DNA of 64,000 nt from an uncultured Rhodobacterales bacterium (lineage in GTDB: Bacteria; Pseudomonadota; Alphaproteobacteria; Rhodobacterales; Rhodobacteraceae), in NCBI GenBank assembly GCA_964603315.1, contig CAZRUV010000001.1, positions 592 through 64,591 of the forward strand. The letters are read 5' to 3'. The stretch's first letter is position 1, and each line of letters starts with the position of its first letter. A program made the position numbers and the translations under genes. Positions 40,915 through 53,548 of this stretch are shown here, in pieces. A model generated the notes under the pieces. The model made no database searches, was not told the origin of the DNA, and saw only the letters and a program-made list of their open reading frames with translations.

Positions 40915-43900
40915 TCAGAGTTCCCTGAGGCGCGTGAGCGCGTCCTGGAGCTTGGTTTCTTCTTCTTCGCGCAGGGCGAGGTTGGCTTTGGTTTCTTCGA
41001 CCACTTCGGGCGGCGCGCTGGTCGCGAATTTCGGGTTCTTGAGCCGTCCGCGCAGGCCGCCGAGTTCCTTGGCGAGTTTGCCGAGCGTTTTTTCGAGCCG
41101 TGCGACTTCTTCTTCGACGTCGATCACGTCCGCGAGGGGCAGGCCGAAGGTGCCGCCGGAGATGGCGAGCGCCACCGTGCCTTTGGGGAAGTCGTCCGCT
41201 TCGGTCAGGCTTTCCAGGCGGGCGAAGCGATGGATCAGCGCCTTGTTCCGGTCGTAGGCGCCTTTGGCTTGGGGCTCGAACCCTTTGACGACGCAAGGAA
41301 TGTAGGCGCCTGCGGGCACGTGCATCTGGGCGCGGGCAGAGCGGATGGCCTCGATCAACCTGATGACCCAGTTGAGTTCTGTATCGGCGTCGGTGTCGAT
41401 GAGTTCGTCGCCATATGTCGGCCAGTCTGCGTGGATCAGGCGCTTGGGGCGGGCTTTCTGGCCCCAAAGCTCTTCGGTGATGAAGGGCATGATCGGGTGC
41501 AGCAGGATCAGGCACTGGTCGAGCGCCCAGGCGTAGGTCGCCTTGGTTTCTTCGATGTCTTCGGGTGTGCCTTCGTCGAAGATGGGTTTGGTGAACTCGA
41601 GGTACCAATCGCAGAAGGTGTTCCAAGTGAAGGCGTAGAGGGCGCTGGCCGCGTCGTTGAAGCGGTATTCGGTGAGGGCTGTGTCGACGGCGGCGCGGGT
41701 TTTGGCGATCTCGCCTTTGATCCAGCGGTTGAGTGGGTGTTTGGTGTCGGGGATGGCAGCTGAGTGCGGCAGGTCGAAGACGCCGCGCATCTCGCCGTAG
41801 CTGGCGGCGTTCCACAGCTTGGTGCCGAAGTTGCGGTAGCCTGCGATGCGTTGGGTGTCGAGTTTGAGCGTGCCGCCCAAGCTGGCCATCGCGGCGGAGG
41901 AGAAGCGCAGGGCGTCGGCGCCGTATTCCTCGATCAGGTCGAGCGGGTCCATGACGTTGCCGGTGGATTTCGACATCTTCTTGCCCTTGGCGTCGCGGAC
42001 GAGGCCGTGCAGGTAGACGGTGTCGAAGGGGATTTTGTCGGTGATCGCCAGTTGCATCATCATCATGCGGGCGACCCAGAAGAACAGGATGTCCTGGCCT
42101 GTGACGAGGTCACTCGTTGGGAAGTATTTGGCAAGCTCGGGAGTGTCCTCGGGCCAGCCGAGGGTGCCGATGGGCCAGAGGCCGGAGGAGAACCAGGTGT
42201 CTAGGACGTCGGGGTCTTGGAAAAACGGCGTAATGTCGTTTTCGCCATCTTCTTCTGTGTAGTTTTCGTAGGCGTCCTGCTCATCGCTGAATAGTTTTGC
42301 AGTAAGCGGTTCAAATTCAGATCCGTAGTACAACCGTGCTTCGGCAACTGCTTCATCGAATGAAGATCCGCAGAACGGTTTCCACGCTTGAATGCGGTCT
42401 TTCGCGCGGGCGCCCGCGCCGCCCCAAGCGACGCTGCCGTCCTCGGTCTTGGCAGGCCCATACCAAACCGGGATCTGATGGCCCCACCACAGCTGGCGCG
42501 AGATGCACCATGGCTCGATGTTTTCGAGCCAGTGATAGTAGACCTTCTCGCCGCGCTCGGGCAGGATTTTGACATCGCCGTTTTTGACCGCGTCGAGCGC
42601 GGGGCCTACGATTTTGTCCGTATCAACAAACCATTGGTCGGTGAGCAAGGGTTCGATGACGACTTTGGAGCGGTCGCCGAAGGGTTGCATGATGGATTTG
42701 TTTTCGACGTGAGGGATGGTGGGTTGCAAACCCACCCTACCGTCGGCGTCGGCTTCTTCCCATTCCGGGTTCAGGATCATGACCGCGTTGCCCTCGGCCG
42801 TGATGTCGGCGACGACGCGTGCGCGCGCCTCTTCGCGGGTCAGACCGCGGTATTCCTCGGGCACCAGGTTCATCGCAGCGATCATCGCCTCATCGAACTC
42901 TTGTTCGCCGTTGGCGATAGCTTGGGCCACGGCGGCCTCTTCGGCGTAGGATTCGCCGTCGGCGCGCATGTTCGCCTTGGTGTCCATCAGGTTGTACATC
43001 GGGATGCCGCCGCGTTTGGCGACCTGATAGTCGTTGAAATCATGCGCCCCGGTGATCTTGACCGCGCCCGAGCCGAAATCCGGGTCGGGGTATTCGTCGG
43101 TGATGATCGGGATCAGGCGGCGGTGCTCTTTCGGCCCGACCGGGATTTCGCAGAGTTTTCCAATGATTGGGGCATAGCGTTCATCTGATGGGTGAACCGC
43201 GACAGCGCCGTCGCCCAGCATGGTTTCGGGGCGCGTGGTGGCAATGGAGATGTAGTCACGCTCTTCTTCCAGCGTGACGTTTCCGTCTTCGTCCTTCTCG
43301 ACGTAGGTGTAGGTTTCGCCGCCCGCGAGCGGGTATTTGAAGTGCCACATGTGGCCAGGGACTTCGATGTTTTCGACCTCAAGATCGGAAATCGCCGTCT
43401 CGAAATGCGGGTCCCAGTTCACCAGCCGCTTGCCGCGGTAGATCAGCCCCTGATTGTACATCTCCACGAAGACCTTGATCACCGCGTCGTGGAAATTGCC
43501 CTCGTTCCCTGCAGGCGCGCCGGGAGCGCCGGACATAGTGAAGGCCTCGCGCGACCAGTCGCAGGAGGCGCCGAGGCGCTTGAGCTGGTCGCGGATGGTG
43601 CCGCCGCTTGTCGCCTTCCACTCCCAGATTTTCTGGGTGAATGCCTCGCGCCCCAATTCGGTGCGTGAGGGTTGCTGGGTTTCGGCCAGACGCCGTTCGA
43701 CGACCATCTGCGTGGCGATGCCTGCATGGTCCGTGCCCGGCTGCCAAAGCGTGTCAAAGCCGCGCATGCGGTGCCAGCGCGTCAGGATATCCTGCAACGT
43801 GTTGTTGAACGCATGGCCCATGTGCAGCACGCCCGTGACGTTGGGTGGCGGGATCATCACGCAATAGCTGTCCTCACGCGACGCGTTTGCGCCCGCCTTG

Positions 43901-43974
43901 AAACAGCCTTCGGCCTCCCAATCCGCGTAAATGCGCGCTTCGGCCTCTTTTGCGTTGAATTTTCCCAGAGCCAT
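40915..43974 (-). CDS. valS: Valine--tRNA ligase, with a low-GC in-frame segment
   Basis: [39 protein letters not shown]-terminal coiled coil. Confidence 0.98.
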   Translation of the reverse strand: MALGKFNAKEAEARIYADWEAEGCFKAGANASREDSYCVMIPPPNVTGVLHMGHAFNNTLQDILTRWHRMRGFDTLWQPGTDHAGIATQMVVERRLAETQQPSRTELGREAFTQKIWEWKATSGGTIRDQLKRLGASCDWSREAFTMSGAPGAPAGNEGNFHDAVIKVFVEMYNQGLIYRGKRLVNWDPHFETAISDLEVENIEVPGHMWHFKYPLAGGETYTYVEKDEDGNVTLEEERDYISIATTRPETMLGDGAVAVHPSDERYAPIIGKLCEIPVGPKEHRRLIPIITDEYPDPDFGSGAVKITGAHDFNDYQVAKRGGIPMYNLMDTKANMRADGESYAEEAAVAQAIANGEQEFDEAMIAAMNLVPEEYRGLTREEARARVVADITAEGNAVMILNPEWEEADADGRVGLQPTIPHVENKSIMQPFGDRSKVVIEPLLTDQWFVDTDKIVGPALDAVKNGDVKILPERGEKVYYHWLENIEPWCISRQLWWGHQIPVWYGPAKTEDGSVAWGGAGARAKDRIQAWKPFCGSSFDEAVAEARLYYGSEFEPLTAKLFSDEQDAYENYTEEDGENDITPFFQDPDVLDTWFSSGLWPIGTLGWPEDTPELAKYFPTSDLVTGQDILFFWVARMMMMQLAITDKIPFDTVYLHGLVRDAKGKKMSKSTGNVMDPLDLIEEYGADALRFSSAAMASLGGTLKLDTQRIAGYRNFGTKLWNAASYGEMRGVFDLPHSAAIPDTKHPLNRWIKGEIAKTRAAVDTALTEYRFNDAASALYAFTWNTFCDWYLEFTKPIFDEGTPEDIEETKATYAWALDQCLILLHPIMPFITEELWGQKARPKRLIHADWPTYGDELIDTDADTELNWVIRLIEAIRSARAQMHVPAGAYIPCVVKGFEPQAKGAYDRNKALIHRFARLESLTEADDFPKGTVALAISGGTFGLPLADVIDVEEEVARLEKTLGKLAKELGGLRGRLKNPKFATSAPPEVVEETKANLALREEEETKLQDALTRLREL

Positions 43975-44141
43975 CGGCCTGATCCCTTCTCATTGCTGAG
44001 CCGTCAGATAGCGAAGGGGCGCGGGCGGGGCAATATGGCGTTTTTCAAGCGTCGCGTGCCGGAGATGTGGTCTGGACACGGGGGCCACAGCCGCTAGGTT
44101 CGCAGCAAGCAAAAGCGTCCCCTGCGCCCGAGGAGTCTCCC

Positions 44142-46439
44142 ATGGAAAAATTCGGCAAATCCCAACCCGTCGCCCGCCGCGAAGACATTCGGTTTCTGAC
44201 CGGCGAAGGGCGCTATGTGGACGATATTGCACCTGCGAACGCCTACCAGACCTTTGTGTTTCGTTCGCCGGTGGCGCATGGGGTGATCACGTCGCTGGAC
44301 GTGGCCGATGCCCGCACGGCCGAAGGCGTCAAAGCCGTTTACACCTGCGCCGATCTCGAGGCGGCGGGTGTGGACACGCTGATTTCGGCCACGCTGATCA
44401 AGAACCAGGACGGCAGCGATGGGGCCAAGACGGACCGGCACGTGCTGGCCCGGGACCGCGTGCGTTTTGTCGGCGAACCGGTCGCGCTCATTGTGGCCGA
44501 GACACTGGCGCAGGCGCGCGATGCGGCGGAGTTGATCGCGTTCGACTATGACGAATTGCCCGCCAAGCTGGATCTGGCGCCGGGGGGGGAGACGCTGCAT
44601 GACAGTGCCCCGGACAACGTGGCCTACGACTGGGGGATGGGCGACAAGGCCGCAACGGACGCGGCCTTTGACGCGGCGGCGCATGTGGTGCGCTTGGATG
44701 TCGGGGACAACCGGGTCATCGTGAATTCGATGGAGCCGCGCGGATGCTACGCCGAAATGGAAGGTGAGCGGTTGCACGTGGCCGTGAACGGGCAGGGCGT
44801 CTGGGGGCCCAAGGGCAACATCTCGTCGGCGCTGGGCATGGATGCGGATGATGTGCGCGTGACCAACCCCGACACGGGCGGCGGATTTGGGATGAAGGCG
44901 TTCATCTACCCGGAAAACATCCTCGTGCCCTTTGCCGCGCGTGCGCTGCGCCACCCGGTGCGGTGGATGTCGGAACGGACCGAGGCGATGCTGTCCGACA
45001 ATGCCGGGCGCGATCTGACAACGCTGGCGGAACTGGCCTTTGACGCCGATGGTCGCATCACGGCCTATCGCAGCCATATCAAGGCGAATATGGGCGCGTA
45101 CAATTCGCAATATGCTCAGGCCATTCAGACGCAGCTTTATTCCCGTGTTCTGACAGGGGTTTACGACATCCAGACGATTTTCATGCGGTCGGAAGGGTTC
45201 TTTACCAACACCACGCAGGTGGACGCATATCGCGGGGCCGGACGGCCCGAGGCGATCTACACGCTGGAACGTGTGATGGACCGCGCTGCGCGTGAGTTGG
45301 GCATTGATCCGCTGGACCTGCGGCGACGCAATTTCGTGAAACCCGACCAGTTCCCGTATGACACGCCTGTGGGCGAAACCTATGACGTGGGCGACTTTGA
45401 CAAGGTTTTGCGCCGCGCAGAGGTAGAGGCGGATATTGCCGGATTTGCCGCGCGCAAGGCTGCGGATGCAGCGGCCGGCCGGATGCGCGGGCTGGGCCTG
45501 TGTTACTATATCGAAAGCATTCTGGGTGATCCTGCGGAGACCACGAAGGTCGAATTTGCCGAGGATGGGCGCGTGCTGATCTATGTCGGGACACAATCGA
45601 ACGGGCAGGGGCACGAGACGGTTTATGCCCAGTTCCTGAGCGATCAGACCGGTGTGCCAGTGGACATGATCGATGTGATTCAGGGTGACAGCGACAAGAT
45701 CAAGCAGGGTGGAGGCACCGGTGGCTCCCGCTCGGTCACCGTGCAGAACAATGCGACGCTGGCCACGGTGGGTGCGATGATCGAAGGCTTTGCCGCATTT
45801 CTAAGCGATGAAACAGGAGTGCCTGCCTCCGAGATCAGCTTTGATGACGAACGGTTTCGCGTCGAAGGGTCGAACCTGACGCCCACGATGATCGAAGTTG
45901 CTGAATTGGCGCGCGAGGCGGGGCGGGATGACCTGATGGTGCATGAACGCCGCGTCAAACTGGAGGCGCGCAGTTTCCCCAACGGGTGCCATGTTTCAGA
46001 AGTTGTGATCGATCCGGAGACCGGTGTCGTTACCGCAGACCGCTACACGGTCGTTGACGATTTCGGCAATCTTATCAACCCGATGCTGGCCGAAGGTCAG
46101 GTGCATGGTGGCGTTGTACAGGGCATTGGTCAGGCGCTGACAGAGCATGTCCAGTTTGACGAGGACGGCCAACTGCTCACGGCAACGTTCATGGATTATG
46201 CCTTGCCGCGTGCGGGGGACGTTCCCATGATTGGGTTTACGTCCGAGCCCGTGCCCTCCACGGCCAATATCATGGGAATGAAAGGTTGCGGCGAAGCGGG
46301 GACGGTCGGTGCATTGGCGGCGGTGTCCAATGCGGTGCAGGATGCGCTCTGGGAGCGCGGCGTGCGTCAGGCGGATATGCCCTTCACACCGCGGCGCGTT
46401 TGGGAATTGCTCAAGGATGGTGCTATCGCGGCTGAATAA
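44142..46439 (+). CDS. Xanthine dehydrogenase-family molybdopterin subunit (form II CoxL-like)
   Basis: RREDIRFLTGEGRY, GGGFGMK, AYRGAGRPE, GQVHGG, KGCGEAG; RBS AGGAG. Confidence 0.92.
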   Translation: MEKFGKSQPVARREDIRFLTGEGRYVDDIAPANAYQTFVFRSPVAHGVITSLDVADARTAEGVKAVYTCADLEAAGVDTLISATLIKNQDGSDGAKTDRHVLARDRVRFVGEPVALIVAETLAQARDAAELIAFDYDELPAKLDLAPGGETLHDSAPDNVAYDWGMGDKAATDAAFDAAAHVVRLDVGDNRVIVNSMEPRGCYAEMEGERLHVAVNGQGVWGPKGNISSALGMDADDVRVTNPDTGGGFGMKAFIYPENILVPFAARALRHPVRWMSERTEAMLSDNAGRDLTTLAELAFDADGRITAYRSHIKANMGAYNSQYAQAIQTQLYSRVLTGVYDIQTIFMRSEGFFTNTTQVDAYRGAGRPEAIYTLERVMDRAARELGIDPLDLRRRNFVKPDQFPYDTPVGETYDVGDFDKVLRRAEVEADIAGFAARKAADAAAGRMRGLGLCYYIESILGDPAETTKVEFAEDGRVLIYVGTQSNGQGHETVYAQFLSDQTGVPVDMIDVIQGDSDKIKQGGGTGGSRSVTVQNNATLATVGAMIEGFAAFLSDETGVPASEISFDDERFRVEGSNLTPTMIEVAELAREAGRDDLMVHERRVKLEARSFPNGCHVSEVVIDPETGVVTADRYTVVDDFGNLINPMLAEGQVHGGVVQGIGQALTEHVQFDEDGQLLTATFMDYALPRAGDVPMIGFTSEPVPSTANIMGMKGCGEAGTVGALAAVSNAVQDALWERGVRQADMPFTPRRVWELLKDGAIAAE

Positions 46440-47505
46440 ACGCATTGCCCACTGGCTGCAGGGGCACTTTGGCAAGGGGTTGCCGGAGACGGATCCGCCT
46501 GCGCGCGGCCAGACCATCCACGTGATCATCATCGATGGCACCATGGCAACACTGGAGCCGGGTCAGGAAACAAATGCGGGCCTGACCGCCAGGCTGCTGC
46601 ACGAAATGGGCGCTGCCGTGTCGGTTTATTATGAGCCCGGATTGCAGTGGTCGCATTGGCGCCGGGCCGGGGACGTGATCTTTGGCCGGGGTATCAATCG
46701 GCAGATACGGCGGGCGTATGGCTATCTGGCCTCGCGGTACCGGCCCGGTGACCAGATTTACCTCTTTGGCTATTCACGCGGAGCTTATGCGATCCGGTCG
46801 TTGGCGGGTGTGATCGACCGGGTTGGTCTGCTGCGCGCCGAGCACGCGACTGTGCGGAATATCCGGACGATCTACCGGCATTACGAATGCACGCCCGACA
46901 GTGCCGCTGCCACAGCCTTTGCCGGCGCCACATGCCATGAGACGGTGAATATCGAGATGATTGGCGTCTGGGACACTGTCAAATCGCTGGGGCTGAACAT
47001 GCCGGTGCTCTGGCGTTTGAGCGCGCCGCGCCACGCATTTCACAACCACCACCTTGGCAAGTCGGTCAAGCGCGGGTTTCATGCGCTGGCGCGGAATGAA
47101 ACGCGTGTCGCCTATGCGCCTGTGATGTGGGACACGACCGAGGATTGGGACGGGCACCTGGTGCAGATGTGGTTCCGCGGCACCCATGGTGACATTGGCG
47201 GGCAATTGAACCACCATGACTACGCGCGCCCGCTGTCGAACATTCCGCTTGTCTGGATGCTGGAACAGGCTGAAGCATGCGGTCTGCCGTTGCCGCAGGG
47301 CTGGTCGTTGCGTTTCCCGCAAGACCCGGCCGCACCATCGATCGGAACTTTCGCGGGGTTCGGACGCTGGTTCATCACGCGCCGCGCGCGCAAGATCGGG
47401 CTTGATCCATCCGAACGTGTGCATCCTTCGGTGGCGCAGGCACCGCCACCGCGCTCCTTGGGTGACCGATTGGCCAGGTTACGCGGCGGTGTCGATGTGG
47501 CCTGA
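46417..47505 (+). CDS. DUF2235 alpha/beta hydrolase
   Basis: IIDGT, FGYSRGAY, IGVWDTV, WFRGTHGDIGG. Confidence 0.88.
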   Translation: MVLSRLNKRIAHWLQGHFGKGLPETDPPARGQTIHVIIIDGTMATLEPGQETNAGLTARLLHEMGAAVSVYYEPGLQWSHWRRAGDVIFGRGINRQIRRAYGYLASRYRPGDQIYLFGYSRGAYAIRSLAGVIDRVGLLRAEHATVRNIRTIYRHYECTPDSAAATAFAGATCHETVNIEMIGVWDTVKSLGLNMPVLWRLSAPRHAFHNHHLGKSVKRGFHALARNETRVAYAPVMWDTTEDWDGHLVQMWFRGTHGDIGGQLNHHDYARPLSNIPLVWMLEQAEACGLPLPQGWSLRFPQDPAAPSIGTFAGFGRWFITRRARKIGLDPSERVHPSVAQAPPPRSLGDRLARLRGGVDVA

Positions 47506-47514
47506 CCCGTCGGG

Positions 47515-48033
47515 TCAGTAGATATAGCGGATCTGGTCGGTCCAGTAACGCTCGACCCGTTTGAGCGAGCCGGTGATGTCCGTGATACCTTCGGGACCAA
47601 GCACGCCTTTGGATTGCAGGCCTTCGGCATGGCGTTCGAACAGGTCGGCGACCACGGACCGGATATGCCGCCCCTTTTCGGTCAGGCGCACGCGGACCGA
47701 CCGACGGTCAATCTCGCAACGCTGATGATGCATATAGCCCATCTCGACCAGCTTCTTGAGATTGTAGCTGACATTTGAGCCCTGGTAGTAGCCGCGGCTT
47801 TTCAATTCACCTGCTGTCACCTCGTTGTCGCCGATGTTGAACAACAGCAGCGCCTGCACCGCGTTGATGTCCAGCACGCCCACCCGCTCAAATTCGTCCT
47901 TGATCACATCCAGCAACAGGCGGTGCAGGCGTTCAACCAGCGACAGCGCCTCCAGGTAGGCCACCATGAAGCTGCGATCACCGTTCGCATCTGCCGTGGC
48001 GTGGTGTGTCTTTATCGGGTCTTGAATGCTCAT
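47515..48033 (-). CDS. MarR family regulator (LdtR-like)
   Basis: VERLHRLLLDVIKDEF, RGYYQGSNVSYNLKKL, DRRSVRVRLT. Confidence 0.9.
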   Translation of the reverse strand: MSIQDPIKTHHATADANGDRSFMVAYLEALSLVERLHRLLLDVIKDEFERVGVLDINAVQALLLFNIGDNEVTAGELKSRGYYQGSNVSYNLKKLVEMGYMHHQRCEIDRRSVRVRLTEKGRHIRSVVADLFERHAEGLQSKGVLGPEGITDITGSLKRVERYWTDQIRYIY

Positions 48034-48114
48034 CCGATGGCTCCGATTACTCTGCTCGGATGCCAAAATGGGGATGATTCGGAAATTTTCGGTTAAAGAC
48101 GCAAGGCTTTGAAT

Positions 48115-50063
<1,949 letters not shown>

Positions 50064-50156
50064 GGCGCAGGCGGACCGCTGTGACGACAAAGGCTTGTTT
50101 TCTTGTGGCCTTTTGACCGATAAGGTCAGAAAATCAGCGGACGACAAGCGGGACAC

Positions 50157-50561
50157 ATGGCGGGCCAACTCCCAGACTATTATTTTCGGGTGCGTGAAAA
50201 CGGCGCCGCCGTGTTTCGTGTGGACACCGAGAACCGGCAGCGCCGGATCGAAATGGATCAGATCGCGGTGGTCAATATCCGCAATGGCGAGATCAAGCCC
50301 CATGGTGACCGCACGCTGAGCACCGAGGATCTGGCGCGGATCGAGGCGTGGATGCAGGAGCGCAGCGAAGTGCTGGCGCATCGTGACATCGACGATATCC
50401 ACCGGGCAGTCGACTATCTGAACCTGACAACACACTGGGCTCAGTCGCGGGCCACGGATGATCAGCTGGAGGCCGTGACGGATGACCTTTTGCTGGCCAT
50501 GCACGACCTGCGCTCGGTTCTGGTGCGCAAGAAGGCGGACCGGCTGGTCAAGTCGCGCTGA
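50157..50561 (+). CDS. Conserved hypothetical protein
   Basis: 134-aa ORF with typical codon usage (YYFRVRENGAAVFRVDTENRQRR). Confidence 0.75.
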   Translation: MAGQLPDYYFRVRENGAAVFRVDTENRQRRIEMDQIAVVNIRNGEIKPHGDRTLSTEDLARIEAWMQERSEVLAHRDIDDIHRAVDYLNLTTHWAQSRATDDQLEAVTDDLLLAMHDLRSVLVRKKADRLVKSR

Positions 50562-51933
50562 CTGCGGACCGCGCCGCCTCTGATTTTGCGAGACGCGGCA
50601 TCGACGAGCCCCAGAACCGCAGCATCAGGGCGACCCCGGCACAAGCCAGTCCGACGACCAGCCCCAGCCAGACCCCAACGCCGCCCCATCCCAGCACAAA
50701 GCCGAAGAGGTACGAGCAAGGCATGCCGATCACCCAATAGGACACGGCGGCGAGGATCATCGGCACCCGTGTGTCCTGCACCCCGCGCAAGAGCCCAAGC
50801 GCAATGACCTGCGCGCCGTCCACCAGTTGGAAGATGGCGGCCATGGCCAGCAGGAAGATACCGATGGCCATGATCTCGTCTCGGCCCGCGACGTCGCGCC
50901 CCAGAAACAGGCTGATCAGCGGCTCGGGCATCGCGACGAACAGAACGATGGTGGCCAGTGCCATGGCGACACTCAGCGCCGTGACCGTGTAGGCCCCGCG
51001 CCGCATATGCGGCAGGTCATGGCGCCCCATCGCGTTGCCTGCGCGGATCGTGGCCACATTGCTGAGGCCCAGATGCACCATGAAGGTGATCGAGGCGAGT
51101 TGCAGTGCAATCCCGTGGGCCGCCTGCGGCACCTCGCCCAACCAGCCCATCATGAACGCGGATGCGGCAAAGAGGCCAACCTCGCTCAGGTTCGTGAGCC
51201 CGATGGGCCAGCCGAGGCGAAAGACGCGTCCCAGCATGTCCCAGTCCGGGCGCCAGAACCGCGCGAATATCGTGTGTTGCGGCAGACGCAGGAGGACATA
51301 GGAGACGACGCCGATCAACATGACCACTTGTGTGGCCAGCGACGCGAAGGCAGCGCCGGCGATCCCAAGCTCCGGCGCGCCCCAATGGCCGAAAATCAGC
51401 GCGTAGTTCGCCAGCGCATTGGTGATTGCGGCGACGGCCGTGATCCAGAACACGATTTGCGTGCGCTCCAGCGCGGCGAGGTAGCTTTTGAGCGTCATGA
51501 CGATCAGCGCCGGGAAGATGCCCCAGCCCGCGATGCGCAGGTATTCCGATCCGAGGCGGGCGACATCCTCGGTCTGCCCGAGCGCGCGCAGGACGGGCTG
51601 CGACCAGATCATCAGCGGCATGGCCAGGGTGGCAAAGGCGAGGCTGAGCCACAGGCCCTTGCGGGTGGCGCGGCGGATGGCGGTGTCGTCCTCTTCGGCA
51701 TGTGAGGCAGCGACCATGGGCATCACGGCCCAGGCAAAGCCGGACCCCATGAGAAAGAGCACAAAGAACCACGAGCCTGCAGCCGTCAGTGCCGCCAGTT
51801 CGGTCACCCCGTACCAACCCAGCATCATGGTGTCGGTCACCCCGATGGCGACCTGTCCAAGATGCCCCCCGATCAGGGGCAGACCCAGCACCATGATGGC
51901 GCGTGTGTGGGCAGGGTAGGACATGTGTTGCAT
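50548..51933 (-). CDS. MATE family efflux transporter
   Basis: DTMMLG, ELGIAGAA, LGWPIG, AHGIAL, FQLVDGAQ, LRGVQDTR; ~12 TM helices. Confidence 0.92.
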   Translation of the reverse strand: MQHMSYPAHTRAIMVLGLPLIGGHLGQVAIGVTDTMMLGWYGVTELAALTAAGSWFFVLFLMGSGFAWAVMPMVAASHAEEDDTAIRRATRKGLWLSLAFATLAMPLMIWSQPVLRALGQTEDVARLGSEYLRIAGWGIFPALIVMTLKSYLAALERTQIVFWITAVAAITNALANYALIFGHWGAPELGIAGAAFASLATQVVMLIGVVSYVLLRLPQHTIFARFWRPDWDMLGRVFRLGWPIGLTNLSEVGLFAASAFMMGWLGEVPQAAHGIALQLASITFMVHLGLSNVATIRAGNAMGRHDLPHMRRGAYTVTALSVAMALATIVLFVAMPEPLISLFLGRDVAGRDEIMAIGIFLLAMAAIFQLVDGAQVIALGLLRGVQDTRVPMILAAVSYWVIGMPCSYLFGFVLGWGGVGVWLGLVVGLACAGVALMLRFWGSSMPRLAKSEAARSAVSAT

Positions 51934-52029
51934 AGTCCGGCCATACGCCTGTCGGACTGCCAAGAAAAGGGGGCTGTGTGTTCCGTTCAGCGGATTGCGG
52001 GGTCTCGCGGGCGCGGGGCCGCCCGCACC

Positions 52030-52536
52030 CTATGCTGGCGGGTTCTGACTTTGGGACTGCATCTTCATGATGATGCAGGTGGTGGAGCCGGTTGCGTAGA
52101 GCCTGTTGTCCTCGACGCCGCGAATCTCGCCGTGGGCGACGCATGTCGAACGGCCCGCGTGGTCGGTGATGCCGACACATTCGATCAACGTGCCCAGCGG
52201 GATCGCGCAGGTGATGTTGATCTTGTATTCGAGCGTTGTGTAGACGCTGCCGCGCGGGACGTGGGTCATCACTGCGCAGGCCATGGCGCTGTCGAGCAGA
52301 GTGCCGTACCAGCCGCCGTGCACCGTACCCATCGGGTTGGTTGTCTTGAATTCAGGCGTGCCCCGGAAAACGGCTTTGCCCGTGTCGACCGCGTGCAAGG
52401 CATAGCCCATCGTGTTGCCGATGGGCGGACCCGGCACGGTGCCGTCCAGAATGCCCTGCATGAATTCGAGCCCGGACATGGACAGCAATTCGGCCATGTC
52501 CGGCAGGTCGGTAGGCGAGGTGGCGATACGGGGCAT
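52030..52536 (-). CDS. PaaI family thioesterase
   Basis: NPMGTVHGG..GTLLDSAM, TTLEYKIN. Confidence 0.9.
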   Translation of the reverse strand: MPRIATSPTDLPDMAELLSMSGLEFMQGILDGTVPGPPIGNTMGYALHAVDTGKAVFRGTPEFKTTNPMGTVHGGWYGTLLDSAMACAVMTHVPRGSVYTTLEYKINITCAIPLGTLIECVGITDHAGRSTCVAHGEIRGVEDNRLYATGSTTCIIMKMQSQSQNPPA

Positions 52537-52603
52537 GGGATCGATCCGGATGTTGCGTCTGCCGCGACGCTACGGATGTTAGACCGATCAGTCTAGTCCC
52601 ATT

Positions 52604-53461
52604 TCAGGCGACGTGCAGCGCGTTTGTCGGCGTTGCAAACCCGAGCGCGCGACAGGTCTTCAACGTCAGGTCGGGCCGGTTGAGCGTGTAGAAGTGCAGT
52701 GTCTCCACGCCTTCCTCCAGCAACGTATCGCACAGGTCGGCGCAGTGGGTGAGGGCGTAAAGCTCGGCCCGGTCCTCGCGCTCTGCCCGGTCAAAGGATG
52801 TTGCGATATGCGTGGGCACCGGCGTGCCGCAGCGCACGGCAAAGGCCTTGGCCCGCGTCCAGTTCGCGATGGGAAGAATGCCGGGCGTGATGGGCGCGGT
52901 GATGCCCGCATCGGCACAGGCGTCCCGGAACCGCAGGAACGTGTCTGCCTCAAAGAAAAACTGCGTGATCGCCTCGCAGGCGCCAGCGTCGAACTTGGCC
53001 TTGAGCCAGTCGATGTTTTGCTGGGTCGATGTGGCTTCGGGGTGGCTGTCGGGATAGGCACCGACACGGATGTTGAAGGGGCCCGCGCGTGACAGGGCGG
53101 TGACCAGATCGACCGAATTGGCAAACCCGTCCGGGTCTGCCGCAAACGCGCCGCCGCCCGTGCCGTCGCCGCGCAATGCGACAATGTCCGAGATGCCGGC
53201 GGCGAGGTAGCGTTTGGCGGTGGCAAGGACGTCGTCCCGGGTCTGACCCGTGCAGGTCAGGTGTGCTGCTACAGGCAGGCCGGAGGTCTTGCGCAGGGTT
53301 TGCGCCGCTTCCTGCGTGAGCTTTTGCGTGGTGCCACCTGCGCCGTAGGTCACCGAGACAAACCGCGGGTTGAGTGGGGTCAGCGCACGCACCGTTTCCC
53401 AAAGATGAAAGGACGCATCGAGCGATTTCGGCGGAAAGGTCTCGAAGGAAAGGGCGGGCAT
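52604..53461 (-). CDS. metF: 5,10-methylenetetrahydrofolate reductase
   Basis: SFETFPPK, SVTYGAGG, AHLTC, ALRGD, AITQFFF, HFYTLN. Confidence 0.95.
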   Translation of the reverse strand: MPALSFETFPPKSLDASFHLWETVRALTPLNPRFVSVTYGAGGTTQKLTQEAAQTLRKTSGLPVAAHLTCTGQTRDDVLATAKRYLAAGISDIVALRGDGTGGGAFAADPDGFANSVDLVTALSRAGPFNIRVGAYPDSHPEATSTQQNIDWLKAKFDAGACEAITQFFFEADTFLRFRDACADAGITAPITPGILPIANWTRAKAFAVRCGTPVPTHIATSFDRAEREDRAELYALTHCADLCDTLLEEGVETLHFYTLNRPDLTLKTCRALGFATPTNALHVA

Positions 53462-53506
53462 GATCAACTCCTGATGGGTTGCGTTGGTTATGACGCACCG
53501 CGTATC

Positions 53507-53521
53507 ATGAGGCAATTTCAT
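53507..53521. promoter_or_regulatory. MetR/LysR-type operator
   Basis: ATGA-GGCAATT-TCAT palindrome (T-N11-A, close to TGAA-N5-TTCA) between divergent metF and metR. Confidence 0.65.
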
Positions 53522-53548
53522 AACTCTCAAGATAAACATGAGGTGTGT

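Noticed and set aside
44142-46439. Bona fide (form I) CO dehydrogenase
   Set aside because: The active-site motif is AYRGAGR, not AYxCSFR, and there are no coxMS or accessory genes.
46417-47505. T6SS Tle1 effector locus
   Set aside because: No vgrG, PAAR or immunity genes nearby.
53462-53548. SAM-type riboswitch upstream of metF
   Set aside because: The spacer is only 87 bp, shows no recognisable aptamer, and is explained by the MetR operator.
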